Source of the DNA: Lama glama
Taxonomy: Eukaryota
Reading direction: 5' to 3'
Assembly (NCBI GenBank): GCA_028534125.1
Contig: CM052817.1
Span: 29,080,001-29,144,000, forward strand
Length of the DNA stretch: 64,000 bases
Shown here: positions 51,738 to 64,000 of the stretch, one piece after another
Layout of the letters: the number at the start of each line of letters is the position of its first letter
How positions within the stretch are numbered: position 1 is the stretch's first letter
Notes under the pieces: generated by a model
Told to the model about the DNA's origin: nothing
The model's input: the letters and a program-made list of their open reading frames with translations, nothing else
Database searches by the model: none
Program-made: the position numbers and the translations under genes

Positions 51738-54600
51738 TTTTTTTTAAAAGAAAACAGATTTACTGAGGTATGATTGATATTCAAAAACTGCATGTATTTA
51801 ATGTGTACAAGTTGATGAATTTGGGCATATGCATGCACCTGTGAAACCATCATCACAATCAAGGAAATAAACATACCCATCACCTTCACAAGTTTCCATA
51901 TGTTCCCTCCCCTGCCTTTTTTTGCACGGTAAAAACAATTAATATGGGATCTACCCTCTTAACAAAATTTTAAACTGCAGTTTTAAGTATAGTATTTAAA
52001 TTTTAAGTATAGTATTGTTAACATAATAGGTGCTATATTATATAGCAAATCTCTATAACTTATTTATCTTATGTAACTGAAATTTATACACATTGAACAA
52101 CAAATTTCCTTTTTCCCCTGTCCGCAGCCTCTGGCAATCAGCACACTAGTCTCTGCTTCTGTGAGTCTGGCTATTTTAGATACCTCGTGTAAGTAGAATG
52201 ATGTATTACTTGTCCTTCTGTGACTGGCTTGATCTCATTTAGCATGATGTGCTCCGGGTTCATCCATGTTGCCATATATGACAGAATCTCCTTCATTTTA
52301 AGGCTCAGTGATATTTCACTGTATGTATACAGCACATGTTATTTTTTATCCATTCATCTGTTGATAGACATTTGGAATGTTTCCATATTTTGGGTATTGT
52401 GAATAGTGATTGCAGTGAATATGGGATGCAAATATCCCTTTGAGATCCTGATTCTAGTTCTTTTGGATATATACCCAGAAGTGAGATTGCTGGATCATAT
52501 AGTAGTTCTATTTTAATTTTTTGAGGACTCTCCATACTGTTTTCTACAGTGGCTGCACCATTTTACATTCACACCAGCAGTGCCCACGGGTTCCGATTTC
52601 TCCACATTCACACTAACACTTGTTATCTTTTGTTTTGTTTTTTTTGTTTTTGTTTTTGACAATAATCATCCTAATTAGTATGACAAGATTGTGGTTTTGA
52701 TATGAATTTCCCTCATGATTAGTGATGTTGAGCACTTTTTCATGTTGGTCATTTTTATGGAGAAATGTCTATTCAAATCCTTTGCCCACTATTTAAGTGA
52801 ATTATTTGTTATTTTGCTATTGAGTCATAGGAGATCCTTATGATTTTGGATATTATCCCCTTACCAGGTACATGGTCTGCAAATATTGTCCCTCATTGAT
52901 TACTTCCTTTCCTGTATAGAAGTTTTTTTGTTTGATGTAATCTTGCTAGTTTATTTTTTTGCTTTTGGTGTTGTAGTTAAAAAATCATTGCAAGCCAATG
53001 TAAAGAAGCTTTTCCCCTTTGTTTCCTTCTAGGAGTTTTACAATATCAGGTCTCATGTTTAAGTCTTCAGTTTATCTTGAGTTGACTTTTGTGTCCAGTT
53101 TCATTATCTTGCATGTGGATATCCAGCCTTCTCAGTACCATTTACTAAGGAGACTGTTCTTTCTCCATTGTGTATTCTCGGCTCCTTTGTCAAAGATCAG
53201 TTGACTGCTTATGCATGGTTTATTTCTGGGCTCTCTATTCTGTTCCATTGGCCCATACAGCTATCTTTATGCCAGTTCCATACTGTTTTAATTACTATAG
53301 TTTTGTATTATGTTTTGAAAATAGAAACGTAATCCCTCTAGCTTTGTTGTTCTTTCTCAGGAGTGTTTTGGCTGTTTGGAGTCTTTCTGATTTAATATGA
53401 ATTTTAGGATTTTTTTCCTATTTCTGTGAAAAAAAATACCATTGGGATATTGATGGGGATAGCATTGAATCTGTAGATCGCTTTTGATAGTATGGACATT
53501 TTAACAATACTAAGTCTTCCAGTCCATTAACATGGGATGTCTTTTCATTTATTTGTGTCTTCTTTGATTTCTTTCATCACTTTTTTGTAGTTTCCCATGT
53601 ATAAGTCTTTCATCTGCTTGGTTAAGTTTATTCCTAAGTGTTTTATTCTTTTTGGTACTCTTATGAATGGGACTGTTTTCTTAATTTCCCTATTTGGATC
53701 GTTTTTGTTACTGTAGACAATGCAGCTGATTTTTTTAATGTTGATTTTATATCTGACAACTTTACTGAATTCATTTATTCTAATAGTTTGTTTGGGGTTT
53801 TTTTTGGTAGAGTCTTTAGAGTTTCCTGCATATAGAATCAGATCATCTGGCCAGCAGATAATTTTCTTATTTTTTCATATTTTACTTTTTTATTTTTCTT
53901 GCTCAGTTACTCTCACTAGGACTTCTAGTAATATGTTTAGAAGTGGCAAGAGTAGGCATCTTTGCCTTGTTAATGATCTTAGGAGAAAAGCTTTCAGTTT
54001 TTCACCTTTGAATATGATATTAGCTTTGAGTTTTTATATGTGAACTTTATTATATTGAGGTAAATTTCTTCTATGCTTTGTTAAGCTATGTTTATCATGA
54101 AAGGGTGTTGAATTTTGTTAAATGATTTTTCTGTGTTGTGGCAATAATCATATGATTTTAATCCTTTATTCTGTTAATGTGGTATGGTACATTAATTGAT
54201 TGGCTTATCTTGTACCTTCTCAGGGGTGGGTAAATCCCACCTGGTCATGATATATAATTTTTAAAATATGCTGTTTAATTCAGTTTGCTAGTATTTTGTT
54301 TAGGATTTTTGCATCTAGTTCATCAGAGATTTTGGCCTATAGTTTTGCATTTTCTCGTTTGTTTATTTTGAAGTGCTCTAATCTTTATTATTTCCTTTCT
54401 TCTCATAACTTTGCTTGGTATAGTCTTTTTCTAGTTCTTTGAGGTGTAAAGTTAGATTGTTTATTTGAGATCTTGTCTTATTTTCTAATGTAGGCATTTA
54501 TTGCTACATTATTATTATTGTTGTTGTTGTTATTGTTATTATTATTCCTTCTTAGAACTACTTTTGTTGCATCCTATAAGTTTTGGTATGTTGTGTTTTC
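51738..54600 (-). mobile_element. L1MA/L1MB-like element, 3' UTR plus degraded ORF2
   Basis: ORF 52305-52535 ([19 protein letters not shown]) is the L1 ORF2 C-terminus; poly-T tail near 51740. Confidence 0.88.
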
Positions 54601-55656
54601 TTTTTTTTTTTTTAACATTTTTATTGATTTATAATCATTTTACAATGTTGTGTCAAATTCCAGTGTTCACCACAGTTTTTCAGTCATTCATGGACATATA
54701 CACACTCATTGTCACATTTTTTTCTCTGTGAGTTATCACAACATTTTGTGTATATTTCCCTGTGCTATACAGTGTAATCTTGTTTATCTATTCTACAATT
54801 TTGAAATCCCAGTCTATCCCTNNNNNNNNNNNNNNNNNNNNNNNNNNNNNNNNNNNNNNNNNNNNNNNNNNNNNNNNNNNNNNNNNNNNNNNNNNNNNNN
54901 NNNNNNNNNNNNNNNNNNNNNNNNNNNNNNNNNNNNNNNNNNNNNNNNNNNNNNNNNNNNNNNNNNNNNNNNNNNNNNNNNNNNNNNNNNNNNNNNNNNN
55001 NNNNNNNNNNNNNNNNNNNNNNNNNNNNNNNNNNNNNNNNNNNNNNNNNNNNNNNNNNNNNNNNNNNNNNNNNNNNNNNNNNNNNNNNNNNNNNNNNNNN
55101 NNNNNNNNNNNNNNNNNNNNNNNNNNNNNNNNNNNNNNNNNNNNNNNNNNNNNNNNNNNNNNNNNNNNNNNNNNNNNNNNNNNNNNNNNNNNNNNNNNNN
55201 NNNNNNNNNNNNNNNNNNNNNNNNNNNNNNNNNNNNNNNNNNNNNNNNNNNNNNNNNNNNNNNNNNNNNNNNNNNNNNNNNNNNNNNNNNNNNNNNNNNN
55301 NNNNNNNNNNNNNNNNNNNNNCTCCATAGCCTCTCCAGCATTTGTCATTTGTGGATTTTTGAATGACGGCCATTCTGATTGGTGTGAGGTGATACCTCAT
55401 TGTAGTTTTGATTTGCATTTCTCTGATAATTAGTGATATTGAGCATTTTTTCATGTGCTTTTTGATCATTTGCATGTCTTCATTGGAGAACTGCTTGTTT
55501 AGGTCTTCTGCCCATTTTTGGATTGGGTTGTTTATTTTTTTCTTATTGAGTTGTATGAGCTGCTTATATATTCTGGAGATCAAGCCTTTGTCGGTTTCAC
55601 TTGCAAAAATTTTCTCCCATTCCGTAGGTTTTCTTCTTGTTTTACTTCTGGTTTCC
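54601..55656 (-). mobile_element. Younger lineage-specific L1, 5'-truncated, spanning a gap
   Basis: Poly-T tail 54601-54613; uninterrupted ORF2 peptide [32 protein letters not shown]...[15 protein letters not shown]. Confidence 0.9.
54822..55321. other. Assembly gap (500 N)
   Basis: Run of N. Confidence 1.
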
Positions 55657-55689
55657 TAATGAAATACAGGGTAGTTTCCATCTCACACA

Positions 55690-56680
55690 GTATAGTTTTC
55701 ATCTCTAAAAATTTAGGGGGGTGGAGGGAAAAAAAAATTTAATTGGAGTTTTAGATTTATTTTTGTCCGTGTCTGTACTTGACATCTTCATTCTTTCCTT
55801 TGGTTTCTTGAACATATGGAATACAGTTAAAATAACTTTTTAATGTCCTTGTCTACTAAGCTTATTATTTATGTTATTTCGGATTCTCTTTTGATTGATC
55901 GATTTTTCTCCTCATTATGGTCCTGTTTTCCTGCTTACTTGTATTTCTGGTAAGTTGTCATTTGATTTCCACATCATGAATTTTGCTGGATATTATTATT
56001 TTCTAAAATTATCCTCGAGATTTGTTCTGGGATGTGGCAAAGCTACTTAGAAAACGTTTATCTCGTTGGGTCTTGCTTTTAAGGTTTTTAAGGGAGGAGT
56101 AGAGTAGGGATTTTTCTAGTGAATTTTCCCTACTACTAAAGCAAGAACCTTCTTAGTGGTATTATAACCTTACCTCATGAATTGTGGTATTTTTCTCTTC
56201 TAGTTGTGGGAATAGGAACTATGTCTGTCTCTTTGAGTGCCTCAGACACTGTTCCCTCTGATCCTTTCAGGTGGTTCTCTCGGCATCAGGTAAGTTTCTT
56301 ACCTGTTGTGCAGATCAATACTTAGCTGAATACTCCAGGGGTACACGCTTCAGTTCCTTAGAGTTCTCTCTCTGTGCCTCTAGCTTCTCTGTGATGCTCT
56401 GCCTTGCAAACTCTAGCTACCATGTCTTCCCTGGGCGCCCATCCCTCAGCACAGGAAGACCGTGGGTCTCTGCCTCCGTTTCCTTTCCTTGCACTGAAGT
56501 GGGAGCCGTTCTCCGGGCTGGGACAATGGTAGAGCTCACGTTCTTGTTCCCCATCACTCAGGGATATATATGTCCTTCACTGCCTGATGTCTTGTGTCTT
56601 GAGAGCTTTTGTTTTAAGTATTTTACCCAGTTTTTTAATTGTCAGAAAGGTGAATCAGAGCCCTCTGACTCCATCTCAGC
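55690..56680 (-). mobile_element. Old L1M 5'/ORF1-region relic
   Basis: T-rich antisense L1-like sequence ending in a more GC-rich, 5'UTR-like part. Confidence 0.55.
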
Positions 56681-59280
56681 TGGACTGAAAGAATGGTTGG
56701 ATCCTTGAAACACAATGTAATGAACTCTTATTACCCAAATTCCATTTAATTCTGAAAAGGAGTTGCTATGACTAGTGAAAAAGCAGCATGTTTTCTTCTG
56801 CCAGTTATTACAACCTGTTTGCTTCCTATAAAAGTGACTATTAAACCTTCAGAGACTCCTTCATTATAAAGTCATTATCAAGAATTACTTATAGCCATAT
56901 CAAGCATAAAAACTGATAGAAAAAAAATTATGCTCATGGAATCCAGTTCAAATTTCTCAGAAAATAAAAAGATTTTATTTGGAAATCGTATATAAATTAA
57001 AATTTAATGTCTTTTTAAATACTTTATCAGTTTTCTTGTCTGAGTTATGTAATATAAACAAATTAATAAAACTTTCCGCTAGCCTGCCAGAGATGCCCTC
57101 AGAACTCCTTTAGTTCACTTCAATGTGCTGTGCATATATGATCTTTCTCTGTGTCCCAATACATGAAGGCATCTGTGAGCCCTCACATGGGCAGTGAGTC
57201 TAAATCTTGAAAGACATTTTGCTTTAAGTAGCAACTGCAGAGATGGGGATGGGCTTGCGTGAGCTCATGACTGCTGGTTGGGGGCACCCAGAAAATTCGT
57301 GTGTGTGTATATACGTGTGTTTTAGTGTTCCTTGTTCAGGGTGTATAATAAAAGCAAAAAGTAAGTCAGATTTGATCCAGAAAGGAGCTAATTTTGTAGT
57401 CATCATTACGTTACTAGGCATCTTGTGGAATATTGACAGTAAAAATGACTTCCATTCTCTGTCTCTCCTCAGATCCACACTCTGTCTAATACAACTGGGT
57501 TTTGCAGTGGCTTATTTTCCACCTCTGTTGTAGGAATTGCTAACTAATACACATCTGTTGTGTTGTGATCAGATGGAGAAAGAATTTGATCATGCGTGGA
57601 TCCCTCCACACTCAGACATGATGAGAAAGCTCCCACACGTGTTGGATGTATCTGCTGAGGTGGGCTGCTTGACTCCCAGGCAAAAGTGTCACCTGACGTT
57701 TTGTTTGCATCATGTAGGAGTGAATGTCTGCCAGATCAGATACTTTGGCTCATGACTCAGGCGTCCATGGGCAAGGCAGGCCATGAAGGCTGCCTTGAAA
57801 TTTGAAAGGTTTCATTCATAATTTTAGCTGGATATTTGACTCTACAAAAAGACAGGGCAAAAGCATTTTTAGGACAAATTGGAAAATGCTCATATCATCC
57901 ATTTTTTAAAGGAAATATATAATACACAGTCTGGGAGTACAAATGGGGGGGGTAGATTTTTAATGTAAGTGGAATTTTGAGTCCATCCATTTGGTTGTAA
58001 GGAGAGACTGGGAAAATTGACTTAAAGTCACGTTTGCATAGCAGACTCATTGTTTTAAATTAGATTTTATGTTTGTTTGGGGTTGTTTGGGGTTTTATAT
58101 ACTTGGAGGAGGGGTTAGAGTCACCATTCATAGGACTGACCTTAACTAGAGGCCCCCCAACCCCCAAACACTGAAGTAGAATAAGAATACTCTTACATTA
58201 AGAGTAGAAGGGATCAGGCAATTGATTAAACGAGAAATGCCCAGTGGCCTTCACACTTAGGCATGAGGGGACAGTCTTCCTGATACAGAGAAATGATGAT
58301 TTAATTGTTGAGGGTGAAACAACAGTCTTTGTGTAAAAGCTAGAATGGCTATTGATAAATGTTCCGTTGAAATCAAATTCTCCCACATTTGCCTACCATG
58401 GTCTACATCTTAGCATATTTGCTTTTTATTACAGGAAGTTTCATTCTGGACCATATGATTTGTCATCTGTCTGCAGCCATCACAATTGAGTTACTCTCCC
58501 TTTAAGTTAAAACAGGAACACTTCTTTCTGAAAGCCACAAGAGCCAGGCAGTAAAATTTGAGGAATTTATGTCAGCTCTGAGATTTTCAGAAGATTTCTT
58601 TAGATAAGAATCATAAAAATGCAGATGTTAAGAATATATAATAAGATTTAGGGAATTTCAATTTTAATAACATAGACTAAAGCATTGTCCCTTGTCTATA
58701 ATTTAATAAGGAAAATTTCCTTGGGATCATAAACGATGAAATTATAGCCTCGGAGACTTCTCAATGACAACTAGTGCTAAGATTAAATAAGAGCTTTAGA
58801 ATTAAACATCACAGTGTCATTGTATTGAGGATTATGTCTTTGTAAATAATAGCTATAAAACTAAACCAGTGTGTTATGAAATTTTTACCACTAGAAGTTA
58901 AGGGGAAAAGTTTAGGGGCAAACTGAATCAATAATTTAAGATTATAGACTAAAAAATTAGTGGTATTATTTTTTTAAACAGATAAAGCTATTTGTACCAT
59001 TTAATGAAATGCTTAATCTTCATACAGAGATTTTTTCAAATGGAATGAAAACTTCTGCAATAATTAGAGTCCTAAATAATCTCCATGAGGATAGGGACCT
59101 TGTAGGTCTTGTCCACAGCTTGGGGACTCAGCACCCAGCCCCTGGCACCTTGTGGGTGTTTAGTTTTATTTGTATTTCAATTTGAAGTCAGAGCTGCTAT
59201 GCTACACTCATACACAAGAGGGCATGATGGAGCCTGATATAAGGCAGGCTGTGCTGATTATCCTAGAAACTGGGTTTGGT

Positions 59281-59629
59281 TTTTTCCTATTTTTTTTTTT
59301 GTTTGTTTTGGTTTGGTTTTTTTGTGATTGAAGTATAGTGCTTTATAATGTTGTGTTAATTTCTGGTGTACAGCTTGGTGATTCAGTATATATATATTTT
59401 CCTTTTAATATTCTTTTCCATTATAGGCTGTTAACAAGATATTGAATATAGTTTCCTCTGCTATACAGTAGGGCCTTGTTATTTATCTATTTTGTATGTT
59501 GTAGTTTGTATCTGCAATTCCCAAACTCCCCATTCATCCCTCCACCATCCCTCTCCCCTCCCTTCCCCTGTAACCATAAGTTTGTTTTCTCTGTAAGTCT
59601 GTTTCTGTTTTGTAAGTAAATTCGTATGT
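59281..59629 (-). mobile_element. Artiodactyl-type L1 3' end
   Basis: T-rich tail; TTGAAGTATAGT...ACAAGATATTGAATATAGTTTCCTCTGCTATACAGTAGG...TAACCATAAGTTTGTTTTCT. Confidence 0.88.
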
Positions 59630-60359
59630 GGAATCCGGTTGTTCTTTATAGCTAGCAGGTCACTCTATCTGACCTTCTATAGCATAGCAATGACATATAA
59701 TGAGGACTAGTCAAAAGCTGAAGTTCACTGAAATTTAAATTTACTACAATATAAAATTTAGCATCCACTTTAAATGTATAATATTTAAAAGATTCACCCA
59801 GAGAACGGAAAAAGAAAAACACAGAATAGAGTGATATAAAATTTTAGAATTTTTTTTTTAAATAGCAACTCTTCCATGCAAACTGGGACTCTGTCTCAGA
59901 TCACTGCCATAGGAATTGTGCTTTTATTTGGATTGCATAGTCCTTACATTTCATTTGTTTCCCGTTCTTGTGAGTAGTGAACTGAAGCAAATTAGTGTAT
60001 GAAAATTAACCTCGATAAAGAAAATGTATTCTTCAGCACATAAAATAGTGATGATAGGCAAGGGATGGGGTTGGAGCAGTGGTCCCCAGTGTTTTGCATG
60101 TTGGGGAGATGGAGGGAGCACTCTTGACCATCCTAGACTCTTGGTAGGTGGCTGTGCTCATTCTATAAAGGTCCAAGGCACAGACACTTTCTGATGATTG
60201 TACATTACAATTGCACAGCCATTATAGATGGTTCTTAATCACTTGTCTTCCAGCTCTCTCCCCATGGCCTCGCATTGCCTTTATTAAAAAATAAAGAGCC
60301 CAACAGATAGCCAAAAAAATTCACTTGTCCATAACTAATTCCCCGTATGTTTTTCTTCC

Positions 60360-60855
60360 TTAGCAGTGGTCACCATGCTGTATTTGTTGCCAAAACTGAT
60401 AGGCATTCTTCATCTTCGTATTTGATCTCTGGGAAGCATTTAATACCAATAGCCTCTCTTCCATCTTAAAATATTGCTCTCTCCTGCTTTCTTTATTACT
60501 TTCGTGGACTTTCCTTTTCAGTCTGTCAAATGGGCTTTTCCTTCCAAGATTCCCTCTTTGGCCCTCTCCTCTAAATGCACAGTGTCTGGACACACACTCT
60601 TGCTCTGTGACTTCAGTTATATTGTTCCAAACTTAGAACTCTAGCTTGACTCTCCATCTTGAACTCTAGACCCCTGTGAAACTGAGCTCTGGGCTTTCCA
60701 ACTAGAAATTCAGACATGTTCAAAGAGATCTCATCACTCCCCACCCGAAGCCTGTTCTTCTCACGTTGCTTAGTCCGTGAATGCAGTGCCATTGGGACAA
60801 TAGTCCAGGCCAGGTGTCTAAGTTCTTCTTTCTCCGTCTTCACATCTAATTAGGT
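60360..60855 (+). mobile_element. L2 fragment
   Basis: TTTGATCTCTGGGAAGCATTTAATAC...CAGACATGTTCAAA. Confidence 0.6.
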
Positions 60856-60859
60856 ACTC

Positions 60860-61275
60860 TGGGAGATGCTTCTGGTTATCCCTCCAACAGCCAGTTCCAA
60901 CCTTTTCCTCACCGCTATAGAGGAAGAAAGGGCCAGATTTCGATTTCTCTCAGCTTTCCTTGCCCTTAAGGTGTGGGCATTTGTCCCAGTCTGATTCATG
61001 GGATCCAAAGGGAAGCCTGCTTAAAGTCTTATGGAAAAAAATCTTCTTCTCTGATTAAAAAAAAGAGATGCCTGTACAATGGATGTCTCTCCTTCTTTCC
61101 TGTTGTGGACATTGCAGTTTGAGGACCGATGCTCAAGGCTGCTGCCTGAGCCCATGAAAAGGAGAACCTCTGGTGGAGGAGTCAGCAGAGTTCTGACAGG
61201 GACGTGGCAACCGTGTCTGTCTCCCGTCTTCCTGTATAAGAAAGTGACATCCAGCGCTTCCCTTACTTAAAGTTG
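60860..61275 (+). mobile_element. ERVL LTR relic (LTR16/LTR33-like)
   Basis: TTTCTCTCAGCTTTCCTTGC...GTGTGGGCATTTGTCCCAGT...GCTGCCTGAGCCCATGA. Confidence 0.5.
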
Positions 61276-61372
61276 AAATTATTCTAGCTTAATGTTGTAA
61301 AGATACAAGTTGAAGGACAATTGATTTTAGCTCCTAAATATCTCTTAAATCCTCCTTTTTCTTTCGTCCCCC

Positions 61373-61472
61373 NNNNNNNNNNNNNNNNNNNNNNNNNNNN
61401 NNNNNNNNNNNNNNNNNNNNNNNNNNNNNNNNNNNNNNNNNNNNNNNNNNNNNNNNNNNNNNNNNNNNNNNN
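61373..61472. other. Assembly gap (100 N)
   Basis: Run of N. Confidence 1.
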
Positions 61473-62039
61473 CTGAAGTGGTGGTTGTAGTTAAGGGGTC
61501 GGCAGTTCCTAAGCAGCAGCTCCTACCACAGCTGCTAGTGCCAGCCCAACTCCCCTCCGCCCCGGAGGAGGGGCTGGTGAGCTGAACCACCATGAGCTTA
61601 AGTGCATCTGGACAGTTTGTTACTCATGGGACATCAGGCAGCATGGGCTCCCTTCTTTCTGTCCCCTTGTCTCACGGGGGTGATGCAGAGTGGATCCTGG
61701 TGGACATTGGACACACAGTGGGTTTAGGTACCAGCTGAGCTTAGGAACCCAGTGTTATAAGGGGGTTGCAAGCTGCAAGCACGTCTGTCTGTGCTTTGCT
61801 CCCAAGGGAAACATTTCCTGAAGCATCTTCATCAGGAGACACATTTGTCCTTCAGCCTGAAGAGAGACACTGTCTCTCTCTCAACTGGAGGATGTTTGCT
61901 GTGTAAACACCCTCGACAAGATAACCTGAGACATGTAGAAATGCAATGGAGAATTGCTCCCAGCAATGAGGAACTGTGTTTGAGAATCAGACAGATCTGA
62001 AATTAAGTTTGTATGTAAATTTATATTAAATCAGAAGGC

Positions 62040-63122
62040 TTCTAGGTTTATGTCTCTAGCCCAGAGTCTTTCCCCTAAATTCCAGCCTGGTATCTCCAGT
62101 TTCCTTCTTGACAAGTTCACTTTGCGATATTCATGTCTAATAAAAACATCAAACTTACCATATTTAAATCTAAACTCTTGGTATTTACCACCAAACCTCT
62201 TCCTGCCAAAGATTAATGGCGATCTAGCTTTCTGGTTGCTCAGTCTTCAAATCTTCCTGTCAGTTTTGACTCCTCTCTTTCTTTTACACCCCATATACAA
62301 TCCATCTGCAAATCCCGTTGGCCCAACTTTCAAACATATTGAGAATCTGACAACTTGCCACCCTTCTGCTGTTACCTCCCTTGTACAAAGTGCTCCCTTC
62401 TGTTGTCAGGATTATTGAAGGCATGTTCTAACCAGTCTTCCTGCTTCCTCTCTTCAGATTGTTCTCAGGATGGCAGCCAAAGCGATCCTGTTAAAACGTG
62501 TCCTTCTAGGATCAAAACCCCACTTTCTTTTCAGGAGCAAATGCCAAAGACAGGACTCTGAACTCTGAGGTCCTGAGCGCTCTGCTCCTTCCCCCATTAC
62601 CATCTAGATTTCATCTGCTCCTGCTCTTCTCTCTCCACTCAGCTTCACCCACACCAGCCTCCCATTATCTCAGGACCCTTCTGCTCACTGGTTGTTCTCT
62701 CTTGAATGCTTTCCCTTTAGATATCTGCTCGCCCACCTCCCTCACTCCCTTTAAGCAGTTACTCAAACGTTACCTGTTCTCATGTATCCTCTGCCTACTT
62801 GACAGTACACTTCGATGTCTAACAAGCACATCAAACTGTATGAGGACTTCCCTGAACATCCTATGTGAAATTTCAGTCTCCACCCCTTTCTGTTTCCCTT
62901 CCATGTCTCATTTATCTTAGTGGGTAGTTATCACTGTCTACCATGCTGTGTGTGGATGGGTGTATATATAAACCATATTTAATTTTGATTTTGTTTGCTT
63001 TCTGCCACCCTCTCTAGAATATAATTGTCTTGAAGGTAGGTATTTGTATCTGTTGTCATCTTGGTGTCTGGAACACGCCTCACACAGAGTAGGTGCTCAG
63101 TAATTAGTTGTTAAATGAATGA
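62040..63122 (+). mobile_element. L2a-like LINE 3' part
   Basis: TTTGACTCCTCTCTTTC...CAATCCATCTGCAAATCC...GTAGGTGCTCAGTAATTAGTTGTTAAATGAATGA terminus. Confidence 0.85.
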
Positions 63123-63221
63123 GCTTGGGCTTTATCCCTTCTTTTTCTCAGGCTTTGGAAAAGTTAATTAATTAAGCCTGATCTTTCTCATCAGCAGAAA
63201 GGGAAAAACAACAGCACTGCC

Positions 63222-63305
63222 TCACTGGATTATTGTGAGGGTTAAAAAATATAATGTGTGTAAAACACTTAGCATGCATAGTGCCTGGCACACAGTAGGC
63301 ACTCT
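63222..63305 (+). mobile_element. MIR 3' fragment
   Basis: GATTATTGTGAGGGTTAAA...TGTAAAACACTTAGCA...GTGCCTGGCACACAGTAGGCACTC. Confidence 0.8.
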
Positions 63306-64000
63306 GGTTCCCTAGGGATGGAGGGACCTCACCATCCCCCTTCCAATTTGTACTAGCCATGAATCCTCATAGCATTCTGTGTCTTACAGCATGTGTTAAT
63401 TGTTGATGTTATTGTCCAATTCTTGGTTGTCTGCCTAGCTTGGTGTTTGATTTACAGTAGGAACTGAAAGGAGAGAAGTAATTAGGTAGGTTACCGTTTA
63501 CTACAAATATATTATCTAATTTGATCCTTAGAACTAACCCAAGTAGGGAGTAGGCTGGTAAAAAAAAATACTGAGCCTTAGAGGGATTCACAACATTGCC
63601 AAATCTTACATGGTGATGATTTTTGTTGTTGAAATAAAAGTCTCACATGTTCTAAATGATACCGAAATGAAAGCATCTTTGAAACGGAAGCAATCTATCT
63701 ACTCATGAACATTAACTTGAGTTCTCCAACTTCCAACTGTGGTAGACCTTCACAAGCATTTAAACACACTTTTACTGCCTTGGTGAGGTTGTGTTGGAAG
63801 TGAGATGTAGCCTTTATTCTCTTCATTCTCTTGTGCATCACTTACATTCCTGTTATTGGTAGATCAGACTAACAATGCCTAATATTAAGTTCTTCGTTCT
63901 TAAGGAGATCAGCTCACAACACAAACAATGTTTGTCTTCTCAAAAATAAAATAGCTCATTATTATGTGCTATTTGAGGGTTTAAAAATATATTTGCTTCT

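Noticed and set aside
51981..52016. 16-bp direct repeat TTTTAAGTATAGTATT
   Set aside because: Small slippage duplication inside an L1 3' UTR
54650..55583. Long ORFs (175-272 aa) in the ORF track
   Set aside because: They run through 500 N; the real residues are L1 ORF2 or L1 3' UTR
1..64000. CRISPR arrays, operons, foreign or prokaryotic inserts, snoRNA/miRNA genes
   Set aside because: No repeat-spacer periodicity, long intronless ORF or recognisable RNA gene; the LepA and NagB similarity is explained by intron-containing nuclear genes

Overview
AT-rich mammalian genomic DNA, most likely from a camelid (inferred from a vic-1-like tRNA SINE). It holds two convergent, intact multi-exon genes. 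GUF1 (mitochondrial EF4/LepA GTPase, + strand) has coding exons 2-17 at 425-19434; they total 1845 nt and splice in frame, and exon 1 lies upstream of the window. GNPDA2 (glucosamine-6-phosphate deaminase 2, - strand) has an 831-nt CDS of 276 aa from 43942 down to 22583, with a non-coding exon 1 and CpG-island promoter near 46.5-47.2 kb. The rest is introns and intergenic DNA with L1, L2, MIR, Tigger, hAT and ERVL-LTR relics, plus two assembly gaps. I found no convincing novel biological system. The best leads are regulatory: a possible shared bidirectional poly(A) site, a SINE-created cryptic exon in GUF1, a candidate poison exon and an AP-1/double-TEAD element in GNPDA2. Repeat families were assigned by eye from remembered consensus sequences, and their boundaries are approximate.
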